Part shown: positions 39,591 through 49,966 of the stretch, in pieces
How the letters are laid out: each line of letters opens with the position of its first letter
Position numbering within the stretch: the first letter of the stretch is position 1
NCBI GenBank assembly: GCA_963826115.1
Contig: CAWGVS010000012.1
Span: 608,001 to 672,000, forward strand
From: an uncultured Candidatus Rokubacteria bacterium
GTDB lineage: Bacteria; Methylomirabilota; Methylomirabilia; Rokubacteriales; DASRDR01
DNA length: 64,000 nucleotides
Direction of reading: 5' to 3'
Translations under genes and position numbers: made by a program
Notes under the pieces: model-generated
What the model was told of the DNA's origin: nothing
Database searches by the model: none
The model's input: the letters and a program-made list of their open reading frames with translations, nothing else

Positions 39591-39666
39591 TGGTACGCCC
39601 GAGAGGATTTGAACCTCTGACCTTCGGATCCGGAGTCCGACGCTCTATCCGCTGAGCTACGGGCGC
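39591..39666 (-). tRNA. tRNA-Arg(CCG)
   Basis: Cloverleaf with TCGGA-CT CCG GA-TCCGA anticodon arm and CCA end. Confidence 0.97.
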
Positions 39667-39732
39667 CCAACTCTATCGGCCAGGCCGAGCCGGAAGAGTT
39701 CATGACCACTGTCACTTCCAGGCGCGGAGCGG

Positions 39733-39761
39733 ATTTTCCCATGCGGCCCTGGCGGGGTCAA
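39733..39761 (-). promoter_or_regulatory. Putative sigma70 promoter of tRNA-Arg/tRNA-Lys
   Basis: TTGACC-17 bp-GAAAAT followed by a GC-rich discriminator. Confidence 0.55.
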
Positions 39762-39816
39762 GGGGCCGCGACCCCTCTGGCGCGGGCGCCGCGCCGCCGC
39801 GACCGCGGATCGCGGC

Positions 39817-40284
39817 TCAGGCCTCGCGACGGCCCGCGAGGGCCGCCTCGATGTCCTTCACGCGGTGCGCCGCCGAGTGGCCGTCGAAGTCGCCCGGCCA
39901 GTACGCGGTCCGGCCCGCGCGGCTGAACCAGGCCGCGGGCGTCCGCGCGACCGTCCGCAGGACGTCGGCGTGAACCTCCCGGTGCCAGGCGACGACCGCG
40001 CGCGGAGGCCGACGGCGCCAGCGCCGGTAGATCAGGTCGTTGATCGCGTTGACCCCGAGCCCCCGGAGCTCCGGCGGCCGCCGCTCGCCCCGGAACACGC
40101 GCGCGCTGTGCTCCTTCCAGTAGACGATGTGGGCGAGCGCGTCCTTGACCGTCCAGGGCGCGCGCGTCGGCGGGCGCGGGACCGGCCGGCGCCAGTCGAC
40201 GGGACGGAGCCGCCGGACGAGACGGTCGAGGGCCGCGTACTCGCGGCGGGTCCGGGCGCCGACGCTCTGGCGGGTGTGGCGCAT
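39817..40284 (-). CDS. DinB / maleylpyruvate-isomerase N-terminal-like protein
   Basis: PWTVKDALAHIVYW...GHSAAH. Confidence 0.8.
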   Translation of the reverse strand: MRHTRQSVGARTRREYAALDRLVRRLRPVDWRRPVPRPPTRAPWTVKDALAHIVYWKEHSARVFRGERRPPELRGLGVNAINDLIYRRWRRRPPRAVVAWHREVHADVLRTVARTPAAWFSRAGRTAYWPGDFDGHSAAHRVKDIEAALAGRREA

Positions 40285-40308
40285 TACCCGGGACCGGTCC
40301 GGCGGGGG

Positions 40309-40353
40309 TGGTACGCCCGGCAGGGATCGAACCTGCGCCCTACGGATTCGAAG
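40309..40353 (-). repeat. Duplicated 3' half of tRNA-Arg(TCG) (att site)
   Basis: tggtacgcccggcagggatcgaacctgcgccctacggattcgaag matches 42678-42722 with 1 mismatch. Confidence 0.95.
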
Positions 40354-40439
40354 GCCATGCCCCGACGCTACCACCGGACGCCATCGGACGACACCGTCAT
40401 CGATCCGCGAGCTTGGGTCGCCTCGCTCTTGGGGATGGA

Positions 40440-40890
40440 GAGTGTCTTGATGCCCAGGTGCACCAGGTCCCCGGGGCCGGCCCCGCCCGTACCGCTGGAC
40501 CGGCTCGGCGGGCTCGAGCGCCCGCAAGCGGGCCAGGCCGAGCCGACGGAGGTGCCGGGCGACCGTGGCCCGGCTGAAGTGCAGGGCCCGGGCGATCTGC
40601 GCCCCGGTCCAGCGCTGGCGCCGTAGGCGCCGGATCCACGGGACGAGCGCCGGGGCGATGGCGGGCGGCGAGCGATGCGGGCGACAGGACCGATCCCGCA
40701 GGCCCGCGAGCCCCTCCTCCCGATACCGGCGCCGCCACGTCCGGACGGTCCGTTCACTGAGGCCCAAGGCGTCCGCGATGTCGCGCCCCGATTCGGCACC
40801 CCGGTGCACGCGCCGGACGAGCGGGGCTCGACTGCGGGAGGACCCCGCGCGACCTGCGGTGCGGGGTCCAACGGGCATCCGGAACACCCA
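40440..40890 (-). pseudogene. IS481-family transposase N-terminal remnant
   Basis: LGLSERTVRTWRRRYREEGLAGLRDRSCRPHRSP...VQRY...PGDLVHLGIK, truncated and frameshifted. Confidence 0.88.
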
Positions 40891-40923
40891 CTGGGGTTGG
40901 CAGGCTATACTGCCCGGAATCTG

Positions 40924-42336
40924 ATGAGGCTCGGTGGGGCGATCGGACTCCGGGCCGCCGGCCATCTCGCACTGGCCGGCGGGATCGTGCTTCTCAGCTA
41001 CGTGCATCCGCCATGGCACGCCGCCGCGTACGCGGAAATGCGCCAGGTACTGCTGCCCGCGGGAGCCGCGCTGCCGCCCGGGGTCCCGCTCATCGCCCTG
41101 ATCCTTCTGCCAGCGCTCGCGGCGCTCATGGCCTGGAATGCCGCGCGACTGAGCGCGGCACTCGCGCGTGTATCGGCGAGCCCCGTGCGGCCCGTCGTGG
41201 TCGTGGCGGTGGCCCTCGTGTTCTTGAGCGTGGCAGTGTTCCCGTTTCTCTCCCACGACCTCGAGCTGTACCACGCGCACGCCAAGATGCTCGCCGAGCA
41301 CGGCGTCAGTCCATATCGGTCCACGCCGCGGCAGGTGCTCGGCTCGATCCCTCGGGGCATGCCGTGGCCCGACCAGCTGGCACCGTACGGACCCGTGCCG
41401 CTTGTCCTGCAGGCGGTCCTGGTGGGGCGCGTGTCTGACCCGTTGGCCGCCGCGATCATCCTCAAAGCGCTCGCGGCGCTCCCGACGTTGCTCTTCGTGA
41501 TACTCCTGGCGCGCTGGCGAACGCCCACACCGGCCGCGCGGGCGTCAGCCATCGTCGCCGTGGGATGGCAGCCACTGCCGTTCCTCGAGCTGGGCGGCAT
41601 GGGCCACATCGAGGGGTGGGTCGGCCTGGCAAGCGCGTTCGCCCTCCTGGCGTTCGTGCGGGGGCGGGTCTGGAGCGGGACGCTCCTGCTCAGCGCCGCC
41701 GCGCTCGTGAAGCTGGAAGCCCTCCTGTTCGTGCCGCTCGCCCTGGCGTTCGTTGCCGGCTCCCGCGACCAGGCTCCAGGCGCCAGGTCTCGGCGCCTCG
41801 CTGCCCTGGCGGCCTGGCCGCTGGCGATCGGCGGCGTCGTCTTCCTCGCCTACATCCCGCTGGGCGGCCTGGGCGCTGGGCTGGATGCGATCCGCGTGGA
41901 GGCGTCGAAGACGCTCCGCTCCGTTCCCCAGGCGATCGGCTTCGTGACCGGAACGCCGGGGCGAGACGTCGCGTGGCTGCTGCGCTGGGTACTGGCCCTC
42001 ATTCTCCTCGTCCTCGCCTTCTCGGCCTGGCGGCGACGCACTCTGTTCCGTCCCGCCGCCCTCGGCTACGCCGCGTATCTCTGCCTCGGCAAGAGCTTCC
42101 TGCAGCCCTGGCACCTGGTCCCGCTGGTGCATCTCGCCGCCGTCGCGCCGCTCGCCGGCGAGGCGGACGAGGGCGCCGGCCGGCTCGTCGCGCTGTGGTC
42201 CGTGAGCGCCGTTCTCGGCGGGTATACCTATCTCTTCCTCGCCGGCTCGCTGGCGCCGCGCGAGCAGACGATCTCCACGCTGATCATGTTGCTCGGGCCG
42301 CTCGCGGGCCTGGCGTGGATGACCATCCGACGCTGA
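40924..42336 (+). CDS. Polytopic GT-C-type (MptA/B-like) glycosyltransferase homolog
   Basis: FLSHDLELY, APYGP, WQPLPFLELGGMGH and QPWH motifs; many TM segments. Confidence 0.75.
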   Translation: MRLGGAIGLRAAGHLALAGGIVLLSYVHPPWHAAAYAEMRQVLLPAGAALPPGVPLIALILLPALAALMAWNAARLSAALARVSASPVRPVVVVAVALVFLSVAVFPFLSHDLELYHAHAKMLAEHGVSPYRSTPRQVLGSIPRGMPWPDQLAPYGPVPLVLQAVLVGRVSDPLAAAIILKALAALPTLLFVILLARWRTPTPAARASAIVAVGWQPLPFLELGGMGHIEGWVGLASAFALLAFVRGRVWSGTLLLSAAALVKLEALLFVPLALAFVAGSRDQAPGARSRRLAALAAWPLAIGGVVFLAYIPLGGLGAGLDAIRVEASKTLRSVPQAIGFVTGTPGRDVAWLLRWVLALILLVLAFSAWRRRTLFRPAALGYAAYLCLGKSFLQPWHLVPLVHLAAVAPLAGEADEGAGRLVALWSVSAVLGGYTYLFLAGSLAPREQTISTLIMLLGPLAGLAWMTIRR

Positions 42337-42677
42337 TCGACGCCGAGATCGCTCAATCGGAGCGCGACGGCGCGCCCGCCGAAAGGTCGTTCGGGCGGCG
42401 AGGCGCCCGGCCAGCGCCGAATCCGAAGTGGCGCTCGCGAGCACGGTTCCCTTCCAACGACCGTTGGCCTCCCGGGTGCCGCTCGCTACCTCCCGGTTTG
42501 ATTCAGCTCAAGACCCAGGACCGAGCGCGCGGACGGGCATCCCGCTCCGGCCAGAGGGCGGCGCGTTGTGATGACGTGGGGTGGCCTGCCAGGCAGTCCT
42601 CCGTGAATACTCGGCACGCTCTGACGAAGTCGGGAGGGCGGAGGGGGCCGGCAGGCTCCGCAACGCGGCGAAAGGGG

Positions 42678-42754
42678 TGGTACGCCCGGCAGGGATCGAA
42701 CCTGCGACCTACGGATTCGAAGTCCGTCGCTCTGTCCAACTGAGCTACGGGCGC
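42678..42754 (-). tRNA. tRNA-Arg(TCG)
   Basis: ACGGA-CT TCG AA-TCCGT anticodon arm; CCA end. Confidence 0.97.
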
Positions 42755-42810
42755 CCCGATCGATCCCTGCGCGGCCCGTCCCCCCGCCCGGCGAACGCCG
42801 CGGGGGAGCG

Positions 42811-42887
42811 TGGGGTGAGCGAAGGGACTTGAACCCTCAACCCCTGGAGCCACAGTCCAGTGCTCTAACCATTGAGCTACGCTCACC
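42811..42887 (-). tRNA. tRNA-His(GTG)
   Basis: CTGGA-CT GTG GC-TCCAG anticodon arm; G-1:C73 pair; CCA end. Confidence 0.97.
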
Positions 42888-42923
42888 GTTCCTGGGCCCG
42901 GCCCCCGGGTACGGAAGGTCCCC

Positions 42924-42952
42924 ATGGTACGGAGCGGCCCCGGCGCTGTCAA
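42924..42952 (-). promoter_or_regulatory. Putative sigma70 promoter of tRNA-His/tRNA-Arg
   Basis: TTGACA-17 bp-TACCAT. Confidence 0.75.
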
Positions 42953-43082
42953 TCGCGGCAGGCCTCACCGGGCCGGCCGGCCCCGCGCGGCCGGGCGGGA
43001 CTTGACGGGGCGCGCGGCGAATGGTCTCTTGTGGCGACCCGCGCGCGCGGTCCCTCGAGACGCGGGGCGCGACAGCATCAAG

Positions 43083-44282
43083 ATGCCGGTGCGTATCGTC
43101 AACGTCATCACCCGGATGATCGTCGGGGGCCCCCAGCAGGTCTCCCTCCTCACCGCCCACTACTACCGGGGCTCCCCGGCCGTGGACTTCCACCTCGTCT
43201 TCGGCAAGGCGACGGGCCCCGAGGGCGACTACCACCGGGAGATCGCGGCGAGCGGCATCCCGCACCACCCGCTGGCGACCCTCGTGCGCGAGCTCGCCCC
43301 CGTGACCGACCTCCGCGCCCTCGGCGGCCTGGTGGCGCTCTTCCGGCGGCTCCGCCCGCATCTGGTCCACGCGCGCTCCGCCAAGGCCCGCTTCCTCGCG
43401 CCGCTGGCGGCGCGCCTGGCGCGAGTCCCGGTCACCCTCCAGACCGTCCACGGCTGGTCCTTCAACAATGCCGTCGACCGGCGGCGGGCTCTCTTCGTCC
43501 GGCTCGAGCGGCTGGCGCGGCGGTTCTGCGACGCCACCGTGCTCGTGTCCCAGCAAGACCTCGCCGAGGGCGTCTCGCTCGGCGTTCTGCCGGCCGCCGC
43601 CGTCACCCGAGGCGACGCGCCCGTCATCCGCTCCGGTGTCGACCTGACCGAGGTCGCTCCGCTCGACGCGCCCGCGCGCCGCGCGCTCCGGGCCGCCGAG
43701 GGCGTGCCCGACGACCGGCCCGTCGTCAGCCTGGTCCAGCGGCTGAGCCCGCCCAAGACGCCCCTGGTCTTCGTGCAGGCCCTGCCGCGGATCCTCGCCG
43801 AGCGGCCCGACGTCGCGGCGTGGATCGTCGGGGACGGCCCGCTCCGCGCGGCGGTCGAGTCGGCGGCCGCCGGCGGCGGGCTCGCGGGGCGGGTCCGTTT
43901 CCTCGGCCTCCGCAAGGACGTCCCGGCGGTCCTCGCCGCCTCGGATGTCGCCGTCCACAGCTCGCTCCGCGAGGGCCTGCCGCGCGTCGTGCTCGAGGCG
44001 CTCGCCGTCGGGGTGCCGGTCGTGGCCACCGCCGTGGGCGGCGTGCCCGACGCCGTGGCGGACGGCGTCCACGGGCTCCTGGTGCCACCCGAGGACCCGG
44101 CCGCGCTCGCCGGCGCCGTGCTGGCCACGCTCGCGGACCCGGCGCAGGCCGCGCGCCGGGCGGCGGCGGGCCGGGCCGCGGTGCGGGCGTTCTCCGCGCG
44201 GCAGATGCTCGACGAGCAGCACGCGCTCTACCGACGCCTCCTGGCGCGCCGGGGCATCGCGCTGGCGGAGCGACCCGCGTGA
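43083..44282 (+). CDS. GT4 glycosyltransferase
   Basis: ITRMIVGGPQ, TVHG and SLREGLPRVVLEALAVGVPVV (EX7E). Confidence 0.94.
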   Translation: MPVRIVNVITRMIVGGPQQVSLLTAHYYRGSPAVDFHLVFGKATGPEGDYHREIAASGIPHHPLATLVRELAPVTDLRALGGLVALFRRLRPHLVHARSAKARFLAPLAARLARVPVTLQTVHGWSFNNAVDRRRALFVRLERLARRFCDATVLVSQQDLAEGVSLGVLPAAAVTRGDAPVIRSGVDLTEVAPLDAPARRALRAAEGVPDDRPVVSLVQRLSPPKTPLVFVQALPRILAERPDVAAWIVGDGPLRAAVESAAAGGGLAGRVRFLGLRKDVPAVLAASDVAVHSSLREGLPRVVLEALAVGVPVVATAVGGVPDAVADGVHGLLVPPEDPAALAGAVLATLADPAQAARRAAAGRAAVRAFSARQMLDEQHALYRRLLARRGIALAERPA

Positions 44283-45157
44283 CCGGGAGCGCGACGGCCC
44301 CGCCGCACGTCTTCACCGTCGACGTCGAGGACTGGTACCAGGGCCTCGACCTCGACGAGGACGAGTGGGCGCGCTTCGCGCCCCGGCTCGAGACCGGGCT
44401 CGCACGGCTCCTCGCGCTGCTCGACGACGCCGGCGCGCGGGCGACCTTCTTCGTCGTCGGGTGGCAGGCCGACCGCACGCCCGGGATCGTGCGCGAGATC
44501 GCGGCCCAAGGTCACGAGATCGCGTGCCACGGCTACTCGCACCGGTTCGTGTACCGCCTGACGCCGGCCACGTTCCGCGAGGACCTCCGGCGGAGCCGCG
44601 ACATCCTCGAAAGCATCCTCGGGCGGCCGGTCATCGGGTTCCGGGCGCCGTTCTTCTCGATCACCGCCGACGCCCTGTGGGCGCTGGACGTGCTCCTCGA
44701 GGAGGGATTCCAGTACGACTCGAGCATCTTCCCGGTGTGGAACCACCGGTACGGCATGCCGCGCGCGGCCCGGCAGCCCGGTCTCGTCGCCACGCCGTCC
44801 GGCAGCGCGATCTTCGAGATCCCGCTCTCGACGGTACGGTTCGCCGCTCGCGGCTTGCCGTTCGGGGTGAACGTGCCCGTGAGCGGCGGCGCCTACTTCC
44901 GGCTCTACCCCTACGGGGTCACGCGGGCGCTGGTCCGGCGCCTCGAGCGCGGCGGCGACCGCCTGGTCTTCTACGCGCACCCCTGGGAGTACGACCCGAC
45001 GCACCCGCGCATCCGGCTCCCGCACCCCGTGTCCCAGGTGACCCACTACGCGAACCTGGGCGCGATGGCCGCGCGGACCCGGCAGCTGCTCGGGGACTTC
45101 CGGTTCGTCGCGATCCGCGAGGCGTTCGCCGCGGAGATCGCCGCGGCGCGCGCCTGA
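44279..45157 (+). CDS. Polysaccharide deacetylase (DUF3473-type)
   Basis: FTVDVEDWY, ATFF, HEIACHGYSH, GFRAP, YDSS, GGAYFR and HPWEYD. Confidence 0.93.
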   Translation: MTGSATAPPHVFTVDVEDWYQGLDLDEDEWARFAPRLETGLARLLALLDDAGARATFFVVGWQADRTPGIVREIAAQGHEIACHGYSHRFVYRLTPATFREDLRRSRDILESILGRPVIGFRAPFFSITADALWALDVLLEEGFQYDSSIFPVWNHRYGMPRAARQPGLVATPSGSAIFEIPLSTVRFAARGLPFGVNVPVSGGAYFRLYPYGVTRALVRRLERGGDRLVFYAHPWEYDPTHPRIRLPHPVSQVTHYANLGAMAARTRQLLGDFRFVAIREAFAAEIAAARA

Positions 45158-45173
45158 CGTCGGGCGCCGCCCC

Positions 45174-45947
45174 GTGCGCCTCTACGTGCTCACGCAGGAG
45201 GACGCCTTCTACATCCCGCCGCTGCTCGACCACCTCCTCGGCGCGAGGCGCGACGACGTGGTCGCCATCGGCGTGGTGCCGGGCGAGCTCCGGGCGCGGC
45301 ACGCGCAGCGCTACTGGGCGCTGATGGGGCCGCGCGCGTTCCTGCTCCAGCTCGGGAACCTGGCCCGGCACCGGGTCCTCGGGCTCGCCGGCCGCGTCGT
45401 GCCGCTCCGCCGGAGCTACTCGGTGGCGGATGTCGCGCGCCGCCACCGGGTGCCGCTCGAGCGGGTGCCGGCCGTGAACGCGCCGGCGTTCGTCGAGAGC
45501 CTCCGGGCGCGGGCCATCGACGTCCTGATCTCGGTGGCGTGCCCACAGATCCTCGGCGCCGGGGCCCTCGCCGCGCCGGCGCGGGGCGCCATCAACCTGC
45601 ACGGGGCGCTCCTCCCGGACTACCGCGGCCTCCTGCCGGGCTTCTGGGTGCTCGCCAACGGCGAGACCGAGACGGGGGCCACCGTGCACTACATGACGGC
45701 ACGCGTGGACGACGGTCCGGTGATCGCGCAGGAGCGCGTGCCGATCCGGGATCGGGACACCGTCCACACGCTCGTCTGGCGGACGAAGGTGGAGGTGGGG
45801 GGGCCGCTTCTCGTCCGCGCCCTCGCGCGGCTCGAGGCGGGCCCGGTCGACGCGCGGCCCCCGGCCGACGGCGCGGGCCGGGCCTTCCGCTATCCGGACG
45901 CCGCGGCGGTCGCGCGCTTCCGGGCCCGCGGCCGCCGCTTCATCTGA
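45174..45947 (+). CDS. Formyltransferase-family protein
   Basis: INLHGALLPDYRG, GATVH and DDGPVI. Confidence 0.9.
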   Translation: MRLYVLTQEDAFYIPPLLDHLLGARRDDVVAIGVVPGELRARHAQRYWALMGPRAFLLQLGNLARHRVLGLAGRVVPLRRSYSVADVARRHRVPLERVPAVNAPAFVESLRARAIDVLISVACPQILGAGALAAPARGAINLHGALLPDYRGLLPGFWVLANGETETGATVHYMTARVDDGPVIAQERVPIRDRDTVHTLVWRTKVEVGGPLLVRALARLEAGPVDARPPADGAGRAFRYPDAAAVARFRARGRRFI

Positions 45948-45962
45948 GCGGCGGCGGCGGGC

Positions 45963-46955
45963 TCAGGCGGGGCCGGCCGCGGCGAAGCGGCCCGGCTCGC
46001 GGTCGTAGCGCTGCTTGCAGCCGCCGCAGCAGAAGTAGACGGGTCCCGCGGGGCCGTCCGACCGGTAGCGCGCCGACGCGATCGTCACCGTCATCCCGCA
46101 CACCGGGTCCCGCGCCGTCAGGGGCGCGGCCGGGGGCGCGGCGGCCGGCGCGGCGAGCGGCAGCGTCACCGGCGGGTGCGGCCGGCGCCGCCGCGCGATG
46201 ATCTCGGCCAGGATGCTGACCGCGATCTCCTCCGGGGCGACGGCGCCGAGGTCGAGGCCGGCCGGCGCCTTCAATCGCGCGAGCCGCTCGGCGGGGACGG
46301 CCCGCGCCCGGAGCGCCTCGCGCACGACCTCGGCGCGGGTCGGGCTCGCGACCAGGCTCACGTAGTCGGCGTCGCTCCGGAGCGCCCGCTCGAGCGCGTC
46401 CTCGTCGAACCGGCCGTGGGTCGCCACGACGATCGCGGTCCCTCGCGTCACCGTGACCAGGCCGAGGTCGTCGACCACGCGCACGTCGCCGAGGCGGCCG
46501 GCCGGGGGCGTCTCGGGCTCCACGACGGTGACCGCGAAGTGCGCCGCGGCCCCGAGGCCCGCGAGCGTCTCGACGACCGGGCCGCTCCCGACGAGGACGA
46601 GCGCGGGCGTCGGGAGGACCGGCTCCACGAAGATCTCGAGCGTCCCGCCGCTGTGACAGGTCATCGTGTACTCCCGCACGCCCTCCGTGCGGCCGAGCGA
46701 CGGGCCGCCCTTGCCGACGAGGACCAGGAAGCGCGGCTGCCCGTCCTCGATGGCGCCCAGCGCCTCCTTGACCGCGACGGGCTCGGCGCAGCTGCCGCCG
46801 ACCCAGCCCGACACCGTGCCGTCGGCCCGGATCACCGCCTTGGCCCCGGGCTTGGCCGACGTGGGCCGCTCGCAGCGCACGACGGTGGCGACGGCGAACG
46901 GCTCGCCCCGCCGCCGGAGCGCCTCGGCCTCGGCGAGCCAGTCTGTCTGGAACAC
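45963..46955 (-). CDS. XdhC/CoxF-type maturation protein with C-terminal YHS domain
   Basis: GWVGGSC, CHSGG, PAGLDLGA..PEEIAVSILAE; DPVCGM...YFCCGGC. Confidence 0.92.
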   Translation of the reverse strand: MFQTDWLAEAEALRRRGEPFAVATVVRCERPTSAKPGAKAVIRADGTVSGWVGGSCAEPVAVKEALGAIEDGQPRFLVLVGKGGPSLGRTEGVREYTMTCHSGGTLEIFVEPVLPTPALVLVGSGPVVETLAGLGAAAHFAVTVVEPETPPAGRLGDVRVVDDLGLVTVTRGTAIVVATHGRFDEDALERALRSDADYVSLVASPTRAEVVREALRARAVPAERLARLKAPAGLDLGAVAPEEIAVSILAEIIARRRRPHPPVTLPLAAPAAAPPAAPLTARDPVCGMTVTIASARYRSDGPAGPVYFCCGGCKQRYDREPGRFAAAGPA

Positions 46956-47048
46956 CCCCTACCCCCGACCCCTTCCCCCGCGCCGGGGGAAGAAGCACCT
47001 ATCCTCGCGACGCCGACGCTGCCCCCGCACGGACCAGGCTCCGGTGGG

Positions 47049-49430
47049 TCACTCCGTCACGCCGTGGGCGCGGAGGAGCTTCCAGACCTTGTGCGGCGTG
47101 ATGGGGATGTCGATGTGGCGCACGCCGAGATGCCAGAGCGCGTCCACGACCGCGTTGGCGATGGCGGCCGGCGCGCCGACCGTCGCCGACTCCCCGATGC
47201 CCTTCGCGCCGATCGGGTGGTGGGGCGACGGGGTGATGGTGTGGCCCGTCTCCCACTTCGGGGTCTCCACCGCCGTCGGGACGAGGTAGTCCACGAAGCT
47301 CCCGCCGCGGATGTTCCCGCCCTCGTCGTAGGTGATCTCCTCGAAGAGCGCGGGCGCGAGCCCCATCGTGAGGCCGCCGTGGACCTGCCCCTGGACGATC
47401 ATCGGGTTGATGATGTTGCCGCAGTCGTCGATGGCGACGAAGCGGCGGATCTTCACCTCGCCCGTCCCCTTGTCGATGTCCACGACGCAGATGTAGCTGC
47501 CGAAGGGATAGGTGAGGTTCGGGGGATCGTAGTAGGAGACGGCCTCGAGTCCGGCCTCCATCCCCTGCGGGTGATTCGTGTACGCGGCGAACGCGATCTC
47601 CTGGATCGTCTTCGCCCGGCTCGGCGCGCCCTTGACGGAGAACTTCCCGGGCTCCCAGACGAGGTCCTCCTCGGCCACCTCGAGGAGGTGCGCCGCGATC
47701 TTCCGCGCCTTGGCCTGGATCTTCCGCGCCGCGACGGCGGCCGCCGCGCCCGCGACCGGCGTCGAGCGGCTGGCATAGGTCCCGAGCCCGTAGGGCGCGG
47801 TGTCCGTGTCCCCTTCCTCCACCTGGATGTGGGCGGCCGGGATCCCCAGCTCCTCGGCGAGGATCTGGGCGTACGTCGTCTCGTGCCCCTGGCCCTGCGA
47901 CTTCGTCCCGAAGCGCGCGATGGCCCGGCCCGTCGGGTGGATCCGGATCTCGCAGCTGTCGAACATCTTGAGCCCGAGGATGTCGAAGTGCTTCGACGGC
48001 CCCGCCCCGACGATCTCGGTGAAGCTCGAGATGCCGATCCCCATCAGCTCGCCCCGGGCGCGCTTGTCCGCCTGCTCGCGCCGCAGCGCCGGGTATCCGA
48101 TCGTGTCCATCGCCTTCTGGAGCGCGCCGCCATAGTTGCCGCTGTCGTACTCCCAGCCGAGGGCCGACTTGTAGGGAAACTGCTCCGGCTTGATGAAGTT
48201 CTTGAAGCGGAACTCCGCCGGATCGATCCCCAGCTGGTGCGCCATCAGGTCCGCCATCCGCTCGATGGTGTGGACGGCCTCCGTGACGCGGAACGAGCAC
48301 CGGTAGGCGATGCCGCCCGGCGGCTTGTTCGTGTAGGCCCCGTCGACCTCGACGTGGGCGGCCTTGAGATCGTAGGAGCCGGTGCAGACGTGGAAGAGCC
48401 CCGCCGGGAACTTCGACGGGTTGGCCGCCGCGTCGGCGTAGCCGTGGTCGGCGATGGTCTTGATCCGGAGCGCGGTGAGCTTCCCTTCCTTCGTCGCGGC
48501 CAGCTCGGCGGTGATGTGGTAGTCGCGCGCGAAGGAGTCGGCCTGGAGGTTCTCCATCCGGTCCTCGATCCACTTCACCGGTTTCCCGGTGAGGACCGAC
48601 GCGGCGACCGCGATCACGTAACCCGGGTACACCGGCACCTTCCCGCCGAACCCCCCGCCGATGTCCGGCGAGATGATCCGGATCTTGTGCTCCTCGAGCC
48701 CCACGTGCCCCGCCACCAGCGCGAAGACCGTGCGGATCGCGTGCGGGGCCTGGGTCGTCATCCAGACCGTCAGCTTCCCCGTCACCTTGTCGAACTGGGC
48801 CACGCAGCCGCAGGTCTCGATCGACGCCACGTGGATGCGCGGGAGGTAGATATCCTCCTTGACCGTCACCGCCGCCTCGCGGAACGCGCGGTCCGTCGCG
48901 GCCCGATCGCCCCACTCCCAGTGCCAGATGTGGTTGTCCTTCTTGTCCTTCTTGTCGGTGCGGAGCACCGGGGCGCCGGGCTCGAGGGCCTTCTTCGGGT
49001 CGACGACCACGGGCAGGGGGTCGTACTGGACCTCGACCGCGTCGGCGCCGTCGGCCGCGATGTAGCGCTCGGTCGCCAGGACCGCGGCGACCTCCTGGGC
49101 CTGGTACATGACCTTCTCCACCGGCAGCACCATCTGCGTGTCCGACATGAGGGTCGGCATCCAGTGGAGGTTGTACTTGGCGAGGTCCTGGCCCGTGATC
49201 ACCGCGAGGACGCCGGGGATCGCGAGCGCCTTCGCCGTGTCGATCTTCACGATCTTCGCGTGCGCGTACGGGCTCCGCACGATGTCGAGGTACAGCATGC
49301 CGGGGAGCTGGACGTCGTCGACGTACGTCCCCTGGCCGCGGATGAAGCGCGGGTCTTCCTTCCGCTTGAGCGAGTGACCCATGCCCCCGACTTCGGGCGA
49401 CGTGCGCGGGGCGTGCTCGGGCGCCATCAT
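47049..49430 (-). CDS. coxL: Aerobic CO dehydrogenase large subunit, form I
   Basis: Active-site motif AYRCSFR; GGGFGGK; QGQGHET. Confidence 0.95.
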   Translation of the reverse strand: MMAPEHAPRTSPEVGGMGHSLKRKEDPRFIRGQGTYVDDVQLPGMLYLDIVRSPYAHAKIVKIDTAKALAIPGVLAVITGQDLAKYNLHWMPTLMSDTQMVLPVEKVMYQAQEVAAVLATERYIAADGADAVEVQYDPLPVVVDPKKALEPGAPVLRTDKKDKKDNHIWHWEWGDRAATDRAFREAAVTVKEDIYLPRIHVASIETCGCVAQFDKVTGKLTVWMTTQAPHAIRTVFALVAGHVGLEEHKIRIISPDIGGGFGGKVPVYPGYVIAVAASVLTGKPVKWIEDRMENLQADSFARDYHITAELAATKEGKLTALRIKTIADHGYADAAANPSKFPAGLFHVCTGSYDLKAAHVEVDGAYTNKPPGGIAYRCSFRVTEAVHTIERMADLMAHQLGIDPAEFRFKNFIKPEQFPYKSALGWEYDSGNYGGALQKAMDTIGYPALRREQADKRARGELMGIGISSFTEIVGAGPSKHFDILGLKMFDSCEIRIHPTGRAIARFGTKSQGQGHETTYAQILAEELGIPAAHIQVEEGDTDTAPYGLGTYASRSTPVAGAAAAVAARKIQAKARKIAAHLLEVAEEDLVWEPGKFSVKGAPSRAKTIQEIAFAAYTNHPQGMEAGLEAVSYYDPPNLTYPFGSYICVVDIDKGTGEVKIRRFVAIDDCGNIINPMIVQGQVHGGLTMGLAPALFEEITYDEGGNIRGGSFVDYLVPTAVETPKWETGHTITPSPHHPIGAKGIGESATVGAPAAIANAVVDALWHLGVRHIDIPITPHKVWKLLRAHGVTE

Positions 49431-49437
49431 GCCCCTC

Positions 49438-49911
49438 CTATCCAACGGGCGCGGCCAGCTTGGCGGCCGCGTGCTGGATGGCCTTGACGATGTTCACGTA
49501 GCCGGTGCAGCGGCAGAGGTTGCCCGAGATCGCGTGTCGGATCTCGTCCTCGCTCGGGCGCGGGTGGTCCTGGAGGTACGCGTAGCTCGTCATGAGCATG
49601 CCCGGCGTGCAGTAGCCGCACTGGAGGCCGTGCTCCTGCATGAACCCCTCCTGGACCGGGTGGAGCTGGCCGTTCTGCTCGAGCCCCTCGACGGTCATGA
49701 CCGTCCGGCCGTCCGCCTGGACGGCGAAGACCGTGCACGACTTCACCGGGCGGCCGTCGAGAAGGACCGTGCAGGCCCCGCAGTGGGTCGTGTCGCAGCC
49801 GATGTGCGTGCCCGTGAGGCGGAACACCTCGCGGAGCAGGTGGACCAGCAGCAGCCGGGGCTCGACATCGGCGTCGCGCCGCTCGCCGTTGACCGTCACG
49901 CCCACGCGCAT
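49438..49911 (-). CDS. coxS: CO dehydrogenase small (2Fe-2S) subunit
   Basis: [23 protein letters not shown]. Confidence 0.94.
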   Translation of the reverse strand: MRVGVTVNGERRDADVEPRLLLVHLLREVFRLTGTHIGCDTTHCGACTVLLDGRPVKSCTVFAVQADGRTVMTVEGLEQNGQLHPVQEGFMQEHGLQCGYCTPGMLMTSYAYLQDHPRPSEDEIRHAISGNLCRCTGYVNIVKAIQHAAAKLAAPVG

Positions 49912-49966
49912 CCGGACCTCCTTACCGTCTGATGGCCAGTGTCGCCCCGGTCGCCCGGGCCGCCGG

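Larger units (their letters stand above)
40309..42722. mobile_element. Integrase-less mini-island in tRNA-Arg(TCG)
   Basis: Bounded by the 45-bp tRNA direct repeat. Confidence 0.85.

Noticed and set aside
39817-41301. 494-aa ORF as a single protein
   Set aside because: It is a chance in-frame join of antisense sequence, the IS481 remnant, the att site and the DinB-like gene.
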